Part shown: positions 1 through 11,117 of the stretch, piece after piece
Layout of the letters: each line of letters begins with the position of its first letter
How positions within the stretch are numbered: the stretch's first letter is position 1
NCBI GenBank assembly: GCA_015234045.1
Contig: JADFWU010000001.1
Location: 127,943 to 191,942 of the forward strand
Direction: 5' to 3'
Source: Magnetococcales bacterium
Lineage (GTDB): Bacteria; Pseudomonadota; Magnetococcia; Magnetococcales; JADFWU01
Length of the DNA: 64,000 nt
The notes under the pieces: model-generated
Seen by the model: the letters and a program-made list of their open reading frames with translations, nothing else
What the model was told of the DNA's origin: nothing
The model's database searches: none
Made by a program: the position numbers and the translations under genes

Positions 1-195
1 AAAGCCAATACATACTATCGCGATAGAAAGAGTGAAAGAGGGTGATTGTTAACGCACGCTCACAAAGAGTTTGTTTTCAGAAATGAGAAAATAGCCTATA
101 ATTGCGCAGGCATATATTTATATCGAAACGGGTTATGAATTCTGAAAGCGTTTCAGAGCCAATTTTCCTGAGTCACTGTATTGATAAGGAAGACC

Positions 196-633
196 ATGGA
201 TATCAGTAATAATTTAAGGAAAGCAGGCCTTAAAGCGACGCTTCCACGCCTGAAAATTCTAGGCTTATTCAATCGCAATCCCAAAATGCATCTCTCCGCT
301 GAAGAGGTTTATAAAAAACTTCTCAATGATGGTGATGAGATCGGATTGGCAACAGTCTATCGGGTTTTGACACAGTTTGAAGGTGCAGATTTGTTAGTGC
401 GGCACTTTTTCGAAGGAGGTAAAGCTGTCTTTGAACTCAACCGTGGTATTCACCACGATCACCTTGTCTGTTTGCAGTGTGGTAAGGTTGAGGAGTTCTT
501 AGATGATGTGATTGAAGATCGTCAGAGAAAATTGGTCAATGAGATGGGATTCACGCTTAAGGATCACTCGTTGTATATCTTTGCAGACTGTAATAAATCT
601 GACTGTCCGAACAAACCAAATCGGGATGACTAG
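196..633 (+). CDS. fur: Ferric uptake regulator, Fur family
   Basis: Lies in ORF 181..633. From ATG 196 the N-terminus MDISNNLRKAGLKATLPRLKILGLF parallels the E. coli Fur N-terminus. HHDH and CLQCG metal-site motifs are present, plus an extra C-terminal CNKSDC pair. Confidence 0.9.
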   Translation: MDISNNLRKAGLKATLPRLKILGLFNRNPKMHLSAEEVYKKLLNDGDEIGLATVYRVLTQFEGADLLVRHFFEGGKAVFELNRGIHHDHLVCLQCGKVEEFLDDVIEDRQRKLVNEMGFTLKDHSLYIFADCNKSDCPNKPNRDD

Positions 634-675
634 ACGCTGTTTTTTTGACTGATGATGATTTAGTGGTTTCGTCTA

Positions 676-818
676 AAATTTGAACAGTCAGCCGTTCCAG
701 CCCTGGTGATGTTTTTGCTCTGATGATCTGCTTCGCATATCAAAAGCGGCGCAAAAATATCATCAGGGCTTCCAGTCAGGTTGTGATTCATTGTCTAATT
801 TCGGATCGAAATCACGAT
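676..818 (+). repeat. Intergenic repeat copy A, a candidate structured RNA; second copy at 19617..19759
   Basis: Hand alignment to 19617..19759 in the same orientation gives roughly 85% identity over ~140 nt. An 18-bp stem, 701-718 pairing with 751-768, closes fully if two G.U pairs are allowed on the + strand. A second nested hairpin lies at 784-815. Confidence 0.6.
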
Positions 819-820
819 AC

Positions 821-857
821 AAAAAAAGGCGGACAATTAATATGTCCGCCTTTTTTT
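821..857. terminator. Bidirectional rho-independent terminator
   Basis: aaaaaaa-GGCGGACA-attaata-TGTCCGCC-ttttttt. A perfect 8-bp GC-rich stem (828-835 / 843-850) is flanked by an A-run and a T-run. It sits between the convergent fur/repeat A unit and the dynamin-like gene. Confidence 0.75.
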
Positions 858-881
858 GTAATTGACCACACTCTAACTTAA

Positions 882-2426
882 CTAGGCATCACTTTTTGTT
901 TGTTCTTTCTTTTTAGAGGAAAGATCAAGATCAGCACTGCCTGTGGGCACTTCCAACACAATCTTAGGGTTGGATGCACCGGCGTGTCCTGAGGGATTAG
1001 TGAATTGGTCGTTGAGATTCTGGACGAAGATATCTGTATCCTTCAGAACCTTTAGAATCTTCTTGTTGGACCGTTTGCTCCAGCCAGCGGGCCGTTTATT
1101 GAAAACGGAACGCCAGATTTCCGTACTACGGCCAAAGCAGCCTCGGACCATAGACAGTGTATCATTGTCCTTGATGGTTTTTTCCAAGGTGCGGCTCACA
1201 CGCCAACCGGCAAATTTGCGTACAAGATGGTGTAGATAGCCTATGACACCGAGAACACCCACACCAGCGGCGACCGAGAGCATTTTATAGGTCATGTCCC
1301 AGCCCATCCACATATCAAGCGTGGGGAGTTGGGGGAGTTGCTCCATGGTTAAAAGCATGCCGCCAATGCCTAGTGCCAGGAGACCAAAGACGATGGCATC
1401 CATTACCAGGACGTTTTTACGCCATTTGGTTAGCAGATTGGTCACAATCGGAGCGGCTTCATCCTGAAGCGTACGGGCAGTTTGTTCAAGCACACCGATG
1501 ATTCGATAAGCCCGTTCCACTTCAACACGATGGATACGGCGGCCAATCTCTTCCATGTCTGCGGCGCGTTTCTCTTCATAGCGCTTGCGCGTTGATGGGT
1601 CATCGATGGGGTTGGCTGCATCAAGATTATAGATTTGATAGAAACGTCCAGCAGTCAGTCCTGACTGAGCCAGAGCGCGTTGCCAAGCGGCAACCACATC
1701 TTCCAGATTGTCATCTCTGGCGGTGCAATCCACCTGATTGAGAATGAACAGGAATTTGTTGGAATCAGACCGATGTATGGTTTTAGCTACCAGGTGATCC
1801 AGGGTATCCTTCATGGCACCGGGTTCCGGGTGACGGGCATCGAAAAACACCAGTACCAGATCCGACAGATCCATGATGTGATCGGTGATACGCAACGTTG
1901 AATTGCGTTGGGCATCGGCATCAAAACCAGGGGAGTCAATGACGATTTTACCGCGTAGTCGCTCGGTTGGGCAGGTTTTCAGTTGCAGGTAGGCATCAAT
2001 CCGCTTGCCTTCGCCTTTAACCACCTGATCAATTTCACGACTGATCTGATAGAAGGGAAAGCGCGGGTCCGCATCCAATGCAATGCCGGGCAGGGTGTGT
2101 ACCTGACCTTCTTTGCTATAGCAAACAACGGTAAATTTATCGTCAACCGCTTGATTACCGGTCCGTTGAATAGGAACCTCAAGAAAGCTGTTGATGAATG
2201 ATGACTTACCCGATGAAAAAGTGCCAAGGATAGAAATCAGTGGCCACCAGGGTACACGGGTAGCGAAGGATTCATCCCGCTTAAGTACGCCCATCCGATA
2301 GGCGACTTTGTCCAATTCCCGAAAGCCTTGTACCACTTGCAAGAGGACAGGATTTTCCTGTTTAAGGTGTTTTTCCAGACTGTATATGCGCCGTTCCAGT
2401 TGGCTGCTCATACTTCCAATCAGCAT
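882..2426 (-). CDS. Dynamin-family GTPase (bacterial dynamin-like protein) with a C-terminal membrane hairpin
   Basis: P-loop GTFSSGKSSFINS, DSPG (G3) and NQVD (G4) motifs are present. Two hydrophobic segments lie near the C-terminus (AIVFGLLALGIGGMLL and VAAGVGVLGVIGYL). I place the start at ATG 2426, preceded by GGAGAA. The further 90 codons of ORF 882..2696 do not look like protein. Confidence 0.7.
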   Translation of the reverse strand: MLIGSMSSQLERRIYSLEKHLKQENPVLLQVVQGFRELDKVAYRMGVLKRDESFATRVPWWPLISILGTFSSGKSSFINSFLEVPIQRTGNQAVDDKFTVVCYSKEGQVHTLPGIALDADPRFPFYQISREIDQVVKGEGKRIDAYLQLKTCPTERLRGKIVIDSPGFDADAQRNSTLRITDHIMDLSDLVLVFFDARHPEPGAMKDTLDHLVAKTIHRSDSNKFLFILNQVDCTARDDNLEDVVAAWQRALAQSGLTAGRFYQIYNLDAANPIDDPSTRKRYEEKRAADMEEIGRRIHRVEVERAYRIIGVLEQTARTLQDEAAPIVTNLLTKWRKNVLVMDAIVFGLLALGIGGMLLTMEQLPQLPTLDMWMGWDMTYKMLSVAAGVGVLGVIGYLHHLVRKFAGWRVSRTLEKTIKDNDTLSMVRGCFGRSTEIWRSVFNKRPAGWSKRSNKKILKVLKDTDIFVQNLNDQFTNPSGHAGASNPKIVLEVPTGSADLDLSSKKKEQTKSDA

Positions 2427-2711
2427 AGGGGGTTCTCCAGGGCTGCATGAACGCTTTAGATCAATCAGGTAAATATCGCATGATTTTTTTTCAATTGCGA
2501 GAGATTGCGATAAATTTTCCCGCAGAAATGGCAATAGGAGACCGTATCCGTGGAATTTGGTACGTCGTCCATGGAAATCTATACTTATGCATCTTAAGCT
2601 AATCAGCAACAGAGAGGTAGAGATGATGCTATCTTCCGACCTCGAAGCCGATGAGACGACTTTCACGGTATATCCAAAAACAGAAGATAATCCCATGGTG
2701 AATGAAACGCG

Positions 2712-3047
2712 ATGAAAAAATCGACTATCACGGTGTTACTGTTGACTTTTACGCTGATTGTTGTCGGCATGGAGTTGTTAGTATTTAATTTATTTAAGGA
2801 TAAACAGCAGATTCTTATCGCCGACAAGGCTGTTCCTATATATAAAGGATGGTTAGAGGAAACGGATAAAATCAAAATTGGTCAACTGGAAGCAGGTGTC
2901 CAGGTGCCGGTTGTGAAGATTCGCTACGGTAAAGAGTATATGGCACTGCCCCAGGGATTTATGGTGATTCAGATCCAGATGGATGAAGAAAAAACCGGAT
3001 GGGTCTTTTATGAAGATGGATTGAAAATGTTGAATGCTGAAAAATAA
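2712..3047 (+). CDS. Hypothetical small membrane-anchored protein
   Basis: 111-aa ORF with an N-terminal hydrophobic anchor (ITVLLLTFTLIVVGMELLVF). It is divergent from the dynamin-like gene. I recognise no family. Confidence 0.4.
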   Translation: MKKSTITVLLLTFTLIVVGMELLVFNLFKDKQQILIADKAVPIYKGWLEETDKIKIGQLEAGVQVPVVKIRYGKEYMALPQGFMVIQIQMDEEKTGWVFYEDGLKMLNAEK

Positions 3048-3086
3048 AAATTAATAGAGTCAGGCGTTATTTGGAGGTATGGAAGA

Positions 3087-4385
3087 ATGAGCAAGGAAAC
3101 GTTGACCATTCGTGACAATCGTACCGGCCAGGAGATGGTGTTGCCAATTCAACAAGGCACGTCCGGTCCTCCAGTTGTAGACATTACGAAGCTATACAAA
3201 AATTTCGGGTTGTTTACATTTGATCCGGGCTTTCGTGCAACGGCATCTTGTGAAAGTAAAATCACTTTTATTGATGGTGATCAGGGCATACTGCTTTATC
3301 GTGGCTATCCCATTGATCAGTTGGCAGAGAAAAGTACCTTTTTAGAAGTGTGCTACTTGCTGATGCATGGTGAATTGCCCAATCAGAACCAATTTGACGA
3401 CTATGTCAAACTGGTTACTGAGCACACCATGTTGCACGAACAGATTCTCAACTTCTATCGGGGATATCGTCGGGATGCCCATCCCATGGCGATTATGGTT
3501 GGTGTCGTGGGTGCGCTTTCGGCGTTTTATCATGATTCCCTGGACGTGCATGATCCACGGCATCGTGAGATTTCAGCATTTCGTCTGATTGCCAAGATTC
3601 CCACCATTGCTGCCGCTTCTTACAAATATTCCATCGGTCAGCCCTTTGTTTATCCGAGGAATGATCTGAGCTATTCGGAAAATTTCCTGCACATGCTGTT
3701 TTCTGGACCGTGTCAGGAGTACACAGTTTCTCCGGCGATGGCGCGGGCCATGGATATCATCATGATTCTGCATGCGGATCATGAACAGAATGCCTCAACA
3801 TCCACCGTGCGTTTAGCGGGTTCGTCACTGGCTAATCCGTTTGCCGCTATTTCAGCGGGTATTGGCGCACTGTGGGGACCCGCCCATGGTGGTGCCAATG
3901 AGGCGGTGTTGAACATGTTGCATCAGATCGGTGATGAAGACAATATCGGGGCGTTTGTCAAACGGGCAAAAGATCCCAACGATCCGTTCAGATTGATGGG
4001 CTTTGGTCATCGGGTCTATAAAAACTATGATCCACGCGCCAAAGTTCTGCAAAAAGCGGCTTATGATGTTCTTGAGGAAGTTGGCCGGCATGATGATCCT
4101 TTGTTGAAGATCGCTCAGAAGCTGGAAAAAATTGCGTTGGAAGATGACTATTTTGTCAAACGTAAGCTCTATCCCAACGTTGATTTTTATTCGGGAATCA
4201 TCCTCAGTGCCATGGGATTACCAACCTCAATGTTTACGGTAATCTTTGCCGTATCGCGCACCATCGGTTGGATCAGTCAGTGGATGGAGATGATTTCTCA
4301 AGAGGGGCAAGCCATTGGACGGCCACGTCAGTTGTATACTGGTACAGCACAACGGGACTATATTCCTCTGGACAAAAGAGCGTAA
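3087..4385 (+). CDS. gltA: Citrate synthase (type II)
   Basis: 432 aa with the characteristic motifs [23 protein letters not shown] and [21 protein letters not shown]-type RBS lies upstream. Confidence 0.95.
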   Translation: MSKETLTIRDNRTGQEMVLPIQQGTSGPPVVDITKLYKNFGLFTFDPGFRATASCESKITFIDGDQGILLYRGYPIDQLAEKSTFLEVCYLLMHGELPNQNQFDDYVKLVTEHTMLHEQILNFYRGYRRDAHPMAIMVGVVGALSAFYHDSLDVHDPRHREISAFRLIAKIPTIAAASYKYSIGQPFVYPRNDLSYSENFLHMLFSGPCQEYTVSPAMARAMDIIMILHADHEQNASTSTVRLAGSSLANPFAAISAGIGALWGPAHGGANEAVLNMLHQIGDEDNIGAFVKRAKDPNDPFRLMGFGHRVYKNYDPRAKVLQKAAYDVLEEVGRHDDPLLKIAQKLEKIALEDDYFVKRKLYPNVDFYSGIILSAMGLPTSMFTVIFAVSRTIGWISQWMEMISQEGQAIGRPRQLYTGTAQRDYIPLDKRA

Positions 4386-4584
4386 TTATCCTTAATCAAA
4401 AGTCTGTTCCATTGACAGGATCAACGGAAATCCGCATGATTTTCGTTTGCTTTGGTTGATAACCGCCTCACAATGGGTCACCCTGGCCCGAAAGTGTTCA
4501 ATGGGGTGGTTTTTCTACACAATAAACTGTTGTCGATTCAGTGGCAGGGTCGAACGGCTTTCAATCAGGTTGTATCAGGAGTGG

Positions 4585-6282
4585 ATGGTGAAGTTGACGG
4601 GTGCTGAAATCATCGTAAAGTGCCTTCAGGAGTTGAATGCCAAAACCGTTTTCGGATATCCCGGCGGTTCGGTGCTCAATATCTATGATGAGATCTATAA
4701 ATGCGACACACTGACTCATGTGCTGACTCGGCATGAGCAGGGTGCTGTTCATGCGGCGGATGGCTATGCCCGTGCTACTGGTGAAGTGGGGGTGGTCCTG
4801 GTGACCTCTGGCCCTGGTGCTACCAATGCTGTTACGGGATTGGCAACCGCGCATATGGACTCCATTCCCATGGTGTGTCTGTCCGGTCAGGTTCCGTCTG
4901 CATTGATCGGCAATGATGCCTTTCAAGAAGCGGATACCGTGGGTATTACCCGTTCCTGCACCAAGCATAATTACTTGGTAAAAGATGTTACTCAGCTGGC
5001 TCGGGTCATTCGTGAAGCGTTCTATATTGCGCGTACCGGTCGTCCTGGTCCGGTTTTGGTAGACATTCCCAAGGATGTCACCAGCAATGTGGCAGACTAT
5101 GAGGATATGGGCGGCAAGGTAGATATCCCATCCTATAAGCCCAAAGTACGCGGACATCGCCGTCAGATTGCCCGGGCTTATGATTATCTGGTTCGCGCTG
5201 AGCGGCCTATGATCTATACCGGTGGTGGTGTCATCCTGGCCAATGCATCGAAAGAGTTGGCCACCTTTGCCCATATCATTGGAGCACCATTAACCAGTAC
5301 GTTGATGGGGTTGGGCGGTTTTCCGGCCAGTGACACGCAGTTTGTCGGTATGTTGGGCATGCATGGCACCTACGAAGCCAATATGGGTGTGTCGCGCTGT
5401 GATCTGCTCATCGCCATTGGTGCCCGCTTTGATGATCGTGTGACGGGCAAAATCGATGAGTTTGCTCCCGATGCGAAAATCATCCACATTGATGTGGATC
5501 CGACATCCATTTCCAAAAATGTTACAGTGGATTTGCCTGTTGTCGGCGATATCAAACATGTGCTTAAAGAGTTGAATCATCAGCTGGAGAATTCTGAATT
5601 TGACAAGCAGAAACAGGATTATACCGCATGGTGGTCTGAAATTGACGCATGGCGTAAACGGGATTGTCTAGCCTTTCCGCAAAGCGATGACGTGATTCAG
5701 CCACAATATGTGATCCAGCAACTCCATGAATTGACCAAAGGTGAGTCAATTTTGGTCACTGATGTGGGGCAGCATCAGATGTGGGCAGCTCAGTACTATC
5801 CACAAGAAGCACCGCGTAGGTGGCTGACATCTGGCGGTTTGGGCACCATGGGCTATGGCCTGCCCGCTGCTATGGGTGCAAAAATGGCTTTTCCTGATGA
5901 GCCGGTTGTTCTGGTAAGTGGCGAAGGCTCGTTCCAGATGAATATCCAGGAGATGGCCACCTTGATGCAGTATAATCTGCCGATCAAAATTGCCATCATC
6001 AATAACAATTTCCTGGGCATGGTGCGACAGTGGCAGGAGTTCTTTTATGAAAGCCGCTACGCAGAATCAGACATGACCTTTACGCCAGATTTTATCAAAT
6101 TGGCACAAGCGTACAGCGCGACCGGATTTCGGGCCAGTAAGCCTTCTGAAGTTGGGCCAACGATCAAAAAAGCCCTGGAGACTGAAGGTACAGTGATCAT
6201 GGACTTCCGGGTTAATCGTGAAGCCAATGTCTATCCCATGGTGCCCGCTGGAGCGGCGCTTAACCAGATGATTCTTCTGTAA
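4585..6282 (+). CDS. ilvB: Acetolactate synthase large subunit, biosynthetic type
   Basis: Thiamine-diphosphate enzyme motifs are present (GYPGGSVLNIYD, HEQGAVHAADGYAR, GLGTMGYGLPAAMGA). I moved the start to ATG 4585 (MVKLTGAEIIV), which follows AGGAG. The upstream part of ORF 4447.. is not homologous-looking. Confidence 0.95.
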   Translation: MVKLTGAEIIVKCLQELNAKTVFGYPGGSVLNIYDEIYKCDTLTHVLTRHEQGAVHAADGYARATGEVGVVLVTSGPGATNAVTGLATAHMDSIPMVCLSGQVPSALIGNDAFQEADTVGITRSCTKHNYLVKDVTQLARVIREAFYIARTGRPGPVLVDIPKDVTSNVADYEDMGGKVDIPSYKPKVRGHRRQIARAYDYLVRAERPMIYTGGGVILANASKELATFAHIIGAPLTSTLMGLGGFPASDTQFVGMLGMHGTYEANMGVSRCDLLIAIGARFDDRVTGKIDEFAPDAKIIHIDVDPTSISKNVTVDLPVVGDIKHVLKELNHQLENSEFDKQKQDYTAWWSEIDAWRKRDCLAFPQSDDVIQPQYVIQQLHELTKGESILVTDVGQHQMWAAQYYPQEAPRRWLTSGGLGTMGYGLPAAMGAKMAFPDEPVVLVSGEGSFQMNIQEMATLMQYNLPIKIAIINNNFLGMVRQWQEFFYESRYAESDMTFTPDFIKLAQAYSATGFRASKPSEVGPTIKKALETEGTVIMDFRVNREANVYPMVPAGAALNQMILL

Positions 6283-6292
6283 GGGGCAGACC

Positions 6293-6787
6293 ATGAAGCA
6301 CATTATTTCAGTTCTGGTTGAGAATGAATCGGGCGTGCTTTCCCGGGTTGCCGGGTTGTTTTCTGCGCGTGGATTCAATATTGAAAGCTTGACTGTGGCA
6401 CCGGTGGATGACGGTAAACAGAGCCGTATCACGCTGGTAACCATTGGAAATGATCAAATCGTTGAACAGATTACCAAACAGCTGAATAAGCTGATTCCTG
6501 TGATTCGTGTGGCAAATCTGAATGAACGCGCACATGTCGAACGGGAGTTGATGTTGGTGAAAGTGGCAGCAGAACAGGAAAATCGGGCTGAAGTGCTGCG
6601 CATTGCAGATATCTTCCGTTCCCGTGTTATTGATGCCACCACCAGCTCGTTCATCATTGAAGTCACAGGCAACAGCCGTAAACTGGATGCCTGTTATAAT
6701 CTTCTGCAACCCTTGGGCGTTGTGGAGATGGTACGTACTGGTAAAGTAGCCATGTCCCGTGGTGAAAAAGGATTGGAAAAACGATAG
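6293..6787 (+). CDS. ilvH: Acetolactate synthase small (regulatory) subunit
   Basis: 164 aa with the ACT-domain N-terminus MKHIISVLVENESGVLSRVAGLFSARGFNIESL. It lies directly downstream of ilvB. Confidence 0.9.
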   Translation: MKHIISVLVENESGVLSRVAGLFSARGFNIESLTVAPVDDGKQSRITLVTIGNDQIVEQITKQLNKLIPVIRVANLNERAHVERELMLVKVAAEQENRAEVLRIADIFRSRVIDATTSSFIIEVTGNSRKLDACYNLLQPLGVVEMVRTGKVAMSRGEKGLEKR

Positions 6788-7867
<1,080 letters not shown>

Positions 7868-7891
7868 TAGTGTGAATGGATAAAAAAGGTG

Positions 7892-7930
7892 GGCTGGGAA
7901 GGGATCTCTCTTTCCAGCCTGCTTTCTATC
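7892..7930 (+). terminator. Putative terminator after ilvC
   Basis: GGCTGGGAA (7892-7900) pairs with TTTCCAGCC (7911-7919), with one G.U pair, and is followed by a T-rich tail. Confidence 0.45.
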
Positions 7931-8030
7931 AAATCAGTCTTGTCATGAGAGTTTGTTTGGTGCTGAAATTGAATCGGTTCTCATGACACGATTTTAAACT
8001 GATCAGTAACTGTGTTGAGGTATTGAGTTC

Positions 8031-8678
8031 ATGGCATTTCGTAGTCCTGTTGCTGTGGAGGGTTTACCTTTTATCGGTATCTTCATCCTGGTGTCCGCAT
8101 TGGCACAGTGGTTGGCACCGGCACCTTGGGTAGGCATTCCGTTTTGGGTGTTGTCTGTATGGTGTATTTGGTTTTTTCGTGATCCAGATCGTGAAGGACC
8201 GGATGATGCCAATTTGGTTATTGCGCCAGCCGATGGTCGGGTTGTTGCCATTGAAGAGGTCGTTTCCGCACCGCTGTCGAACCGGCCAGCGCGTAAAGTG
8301 TCTATTTTTATGAATGTGTTTAGTGTTCATGTTAATAGAGCGCCGGTAGCGGGTCAGATCATTGGTCAGGCCTACCATGCTGGACGCTTTCTGAATGCCG
8401 CTTTGGATAAGGCATCCAAAGAGAATGAGCGGATGGAGTTGCTGTTTGAAACCAAAGAAGGTGACTCAATCGGCTGTGTTCAAGTGGCGGGTTTGGTCGC
8501 ACGCCGTATCATTTGTCGGGTAGAAGAGGGCGCACGGCTTGAACGTGGTGAACGGTTTGGTCTGATTCGCTTCGGTTCGCGGGTGGATCTTTATCTTCCG
8601 CTTTCTGCTCAGATTTCCGTGACCCTTGGGGATAAGACACGGGCTGGCGAGTCAGTTGTTGCTCGCCTGTTACGATAG
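8031..8678 (+). CDS. psd: Phosphatidylserine decarboxylase proenzyme (short form)
   Basis: 215 aa. FGSRVD supplies the G-S self-cleavage motif near the C-terminus. An N-terminal membrane segment is present, and the gene is adjacent to pssA. Confidence 0.85.
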   Translation: MAFRSPVAVEGLPFIGIFILVSALAQWLAPAPWVGIPFWVLSVWCIWFFRDPDREGPDDANLVIAPADGRVVAIEEVVSAPLSNRPARKVSIFMNVFSVHVNRAPVAGQIIGQAYHAGRFLNAALDKASKENERMELLFETKEGDSIGCVQVAGLVARRIICRVEEGARLERGERFGLIRFGSRVDLYLPLSAQISVTLGDKTRAGESVVARLLR

Positions 8679-8697
8679 GTAGAGGTGCTTTGATACC

Positions 8698-9486
8698 GTG
8701 GAACGAAAAATCAAACGGGTCCATATCCTTCCCAACCTGCTGACCACTGGTAGCCTGTTTTTTGGCTTTTTCGCCATCATGGCTGGGATAACTGGTCAGT
8801 ATGAGCAGGGTGCGCTTGCTATTGTCATTGCATCGGTCTTCGATGCTCTGGATGGTCGCGTTGCCCGTGCCACGGGTGGTTCTTCTGCGTTTGGCAAAGA
8901 GTATGACAGCCTGTCCGATTTTCTTTCTTTTGGTATTGCACCGGCGGTATTGGTACATCAATGGGTGTTGATGCCGTTTAATCGTGTTGGTTTTGCGGCA
9001 GTTTTCCTATACAGCGTGTGCAGTGCATTACGGTTGGCACGGTTCAATGTTCAGCAACACAGACAGGATGAACGGGTTTCAAGGCGCTATTTTCAAGGTC
9101 TGCCTGTACCTGCTGCGGCCATTATCTTGGCAGCTACTGTGTTGTTTTATGTAGAACTGGGTGTGGTGCCTGAAGGGGATGGTAGTCAAATTAGTCCATG
9201 GCGTTGGTTGCCTTTGGTTGCTGTTTTTCTGTTAGCTATTCTGATGGTTAGCACCGTTCATTTCCGTAGTTTTAAAGATTTCTCTTGGCACCGTGAACGA
9301 CCCTTCTTTACCTTGGTTGCGGTTGTTATCACCATTTCTGTTTTTACTATTGATACGCATACCACGCTGTTTTTGGTTGGCTGTGGTTATCTCTTCTCCG
9401 GTTTCCATAGCCATCGGGAGTACCGACGGCTTCTTGCAGAAGGCAAGGAGATTGAAGAAGATGAAGTGCATGATCTGACGCTTTGA
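8698..9486 (+). CDS. pssA: CDP-diacylglycerol--serine O-phosphatidyltransferase
   Basis: CDP-alcohol phosphatidyltransferase motif DALDGRVAR...G.EYDSLSD is present in a polytopic membrane protein. The start codon is GTG. Confidence 0.85.
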   Translation: MERKIKRVHILPNLLTTGSLFFGFFAIMAGITGQYEQGALAIVIASVFDALDGRVARATGGSSAFGKEYDSLSDFLSFGIAPAVLVHQWVLMPFNRVGFAAVFLYSVCSALRLARFNVQQHRQDERVSRRYFQGLPVPAAAIILAATVLFYVELGVVPEGDGSQISPWRWLPLVAVFLLAILMVSTVHFRSFKDFSWHRERPFFTLVAVVITISVFTIDTHTTLFLVGCGYLFSGFHSHREYRRLLAEGKEIEEDEVHDLTL

Positions 9487-9499
9487 AAACGGTGAACGC

Positions 9500-11059
9500 A
9501 TGACCGCTGATCGGGTTTATATTTTTGATACCACCCTTCGGGATGGTGAGCAGTCTCCAGGTGCCTCCATGAATGTGGAGGAAAAGCTCCGCATTGCCCA
9601 ACAGCTGGAACGGCTGAATGTGGATATCATTGAAGCGGGTTTTCCTATCGCTTCAAAGGGTGATTTCGAGGCGGTGCGTCTGGTTGCTGAAAAGGTACGT
9701 GGATGCAGTATCGCCGGATTGGCGCGTGCAAAAGATGCTGATATTGATCGGGCATGGGAAGCGCTGAAAGTTGCCGAAGATCCGCGCATTCATACTTTTA
9801 TTGCTACAAGCCCTATTCATATGCAGCACAAGTTGCGTATGGAACCGGAACAGGTGGTGGAAGCCGCCGTGGCTGCGGTCAAGCGGGCAGCGGGTTATAC
9901 CAGCAATGTAGAGTGGTCGGCTGAGGATGCGGGGCGCACAGAGATTGATTTTCTATGTCGGATCGTTGAAGCTGTGATCAAGGCTGGTGCTACGACGATT
10001 AATATCCCGGATACGGTTGGGTATACCTTGCCATTTGAGTTTGGTGAGCGGATCAGTGCGTTGGTTGAGCGTGTGCCCAATATGCACAAAGCGATCATCT
10101 CAGTTCACTGTCACAACGATCTTGGTTTGGCGGTTGCCAACTCTCTCTCTGCTGTTACAAATGGTGCGCGTCAGGTGGAGTGTACCATCAACGGTATGGG
10201 TGAGCGGGCAGGAAATGCGGCGTTGGAAGAGGTGGTTATGGCCATCCAGACACGCCGGGATATCATGCCGTTTAAGACCAATGTCGATGCGACAGAAATC
10301 ACACGGGCATCCAAATTGGTGAGCACGATTACTGGTTTTCCGGTTCAGCCTAATAAGGCGATTGTTGGTGCCAATGCATTTGCCCATGAGTCGGGTATTC
10401 ATCAGGATGGTGTGCTTAAGAAAGCCACCACTTATGAGATTATGACACCGGAGTCGGTTGGTTTGACGACCAATCGAATGGTGTTGGGCAAGCATTCCGG
10501 TCGTCATGCGTTTCGTGATCGGTTGAATCAGTTAGGCTATCGACTGGATGATGATCAGCTTGCGCGGGTATTTATCCGCTTTAAAGCGTTGTGCGATCAG
10601 AAAAAAGAGCTGTTTGATGAAGATCTGGAAGCGTTGGTGGATGATGAAGTCATCCGTCTGCGCGACTATTACCATGTGAAACGGCTGCATGTTTCCTACA
10701 GCCCTGACAAAAACCCGGTTGCTACCGTTGAGGTGGCTTCACCGGATGATGAAAGCTTGAGACAAGGCACGCATTGGGGCGCGTCGGGTATGGTTGATTC
10801 CGCCCTGAAGGCGGTTAAAGCCGCAATTCCTGAGATGTCTGATTCAAAATTGGTGTTCTATCAAGTACATTCCATTACCGGTGGTACGGATGCCCAAGCT
10901 GAAGTCACAGTACGTGTGGAACTAGAAGAGAAAACGGTAAACGGGCAGGGCGCTGACTGTGATGTTGTCATGGCTTCTGTCAAAGCATTTATCAATGCAT
11001 TGAACAAATTGGCCTATAAACGGGATAAGGGAAGAAATAAACCGCGTTCCGGTGTATAA
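9500..11059 (+). CDS. leuA: 2-isopropylmalate synthase
   Basis: [14 protein letters not shown] and [14 protein letters not shown] motifs are present, along with the C-terminal LeuA allosteric domain. Confidence 0.95.
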   Translation: MTADRVYIFDTTLRDGEQSPGASMNVEEKLRIAQQLERLNVDIIEAGFPIASKGDFEAVRLVAEKVRGCSIAGLARAKDADIDRAWEALKVAEDPRIHTFIATSPIHMQHKLRMEPEQVVEAAVAAVKRAAGYTSNVEWSAEDAGRTEIDFLCRIVEAVIKAGATTINIPDTVGYTLPFEFGERISALVERVPNMHKAIISVHCHNDLGLAVANSLSAVTNGARQVECTINGMGERAGNAALEEVVMAIQTRRDIMPFKTNVDATEITRASKLVSTITGFPVQPNKAIVGANAFAHESGIHQDGVLKKATTYEIMTPESVGLTTNRMVLGKHSGRHAFRDRLNQLGYRLDDDQLARVFIRFKALCDQKKELFDEDLEALVDDEVIRLRDYYHVKRLHVSYSPDKNPVATVEVASPDDESLRQGTHWGASGMVDSALKAVKAAIPEMSDSKLVFYQVHSITGGTDAQAEVTVRVELEEKTVNGQGADCDVVMASVKAFINALNKLAYKRDKGRNKPRSGV

Positions 11060-11117
11060 TTGGCACACAGCTTGAAATGGATAGAGACAGCCATATTATC
11101 CGATTAAGGAGACGATT

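Noticed and set aside
60-180. Fur box / autoregulatory operator and promoter upstream of fur (a TATAAT lies at 97-102)
   Set aside because: A -10-like hexamer is present. I could not align a convincing 19-bp Fur-box palindrome or a properly spaced -35, so no regulatory feature is reported.
2427-2696. N-terminal 90 codons of the supplied ORF 882..2696
   Set aside because: There is no similarity to dynamin N-termini. An internal ATG at 2426 has a GGAGAA RBS, and the region looks like promoter or spacer DNA.
4447-4584. Upstream extensions of supplied ORFs (4447 for ilvB, 6794 for ilvC, 16662 for recO, 32263 for the MBL hydrolase, 50421-50468 for the hybrid kinase, 60830-60868 for the M23 peptidase)
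   Set aside because: The extensions overlap upstream genes or lack family-like sequence. Internal starts match known N-termini and have better RBS spacing.
4436-4585. Mini-ORF MIFVCFG* plus a weak hairpin/T-run (CACCC..GGGTG-GTTTTT) upstream of ilvB, considered as a branched-chain amino-acid attenuator
   Set aside because: The peptide has only one Ile and one Val codon, with no run of regulatory codons. The stem is only 5 bp with a ~20-nt loop. This is not enough to call an attenuator.
4561-5274. 237-aa antisense ORF inside ilvB. Similar long antisense ORFs occur at 12121..12867 (lepA), 14068..14631 (lepB), 10100..10507 (leuA), 31689..32192 (ROK kinase), 36997..37440 (queG), 39143..39991 (HD gene) and 62853..63401 (cheB).
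   Set aside because: Each is the mirror of a strongly supported sense gene, and none has a recognisable motif. These are typical shadow ORFs.
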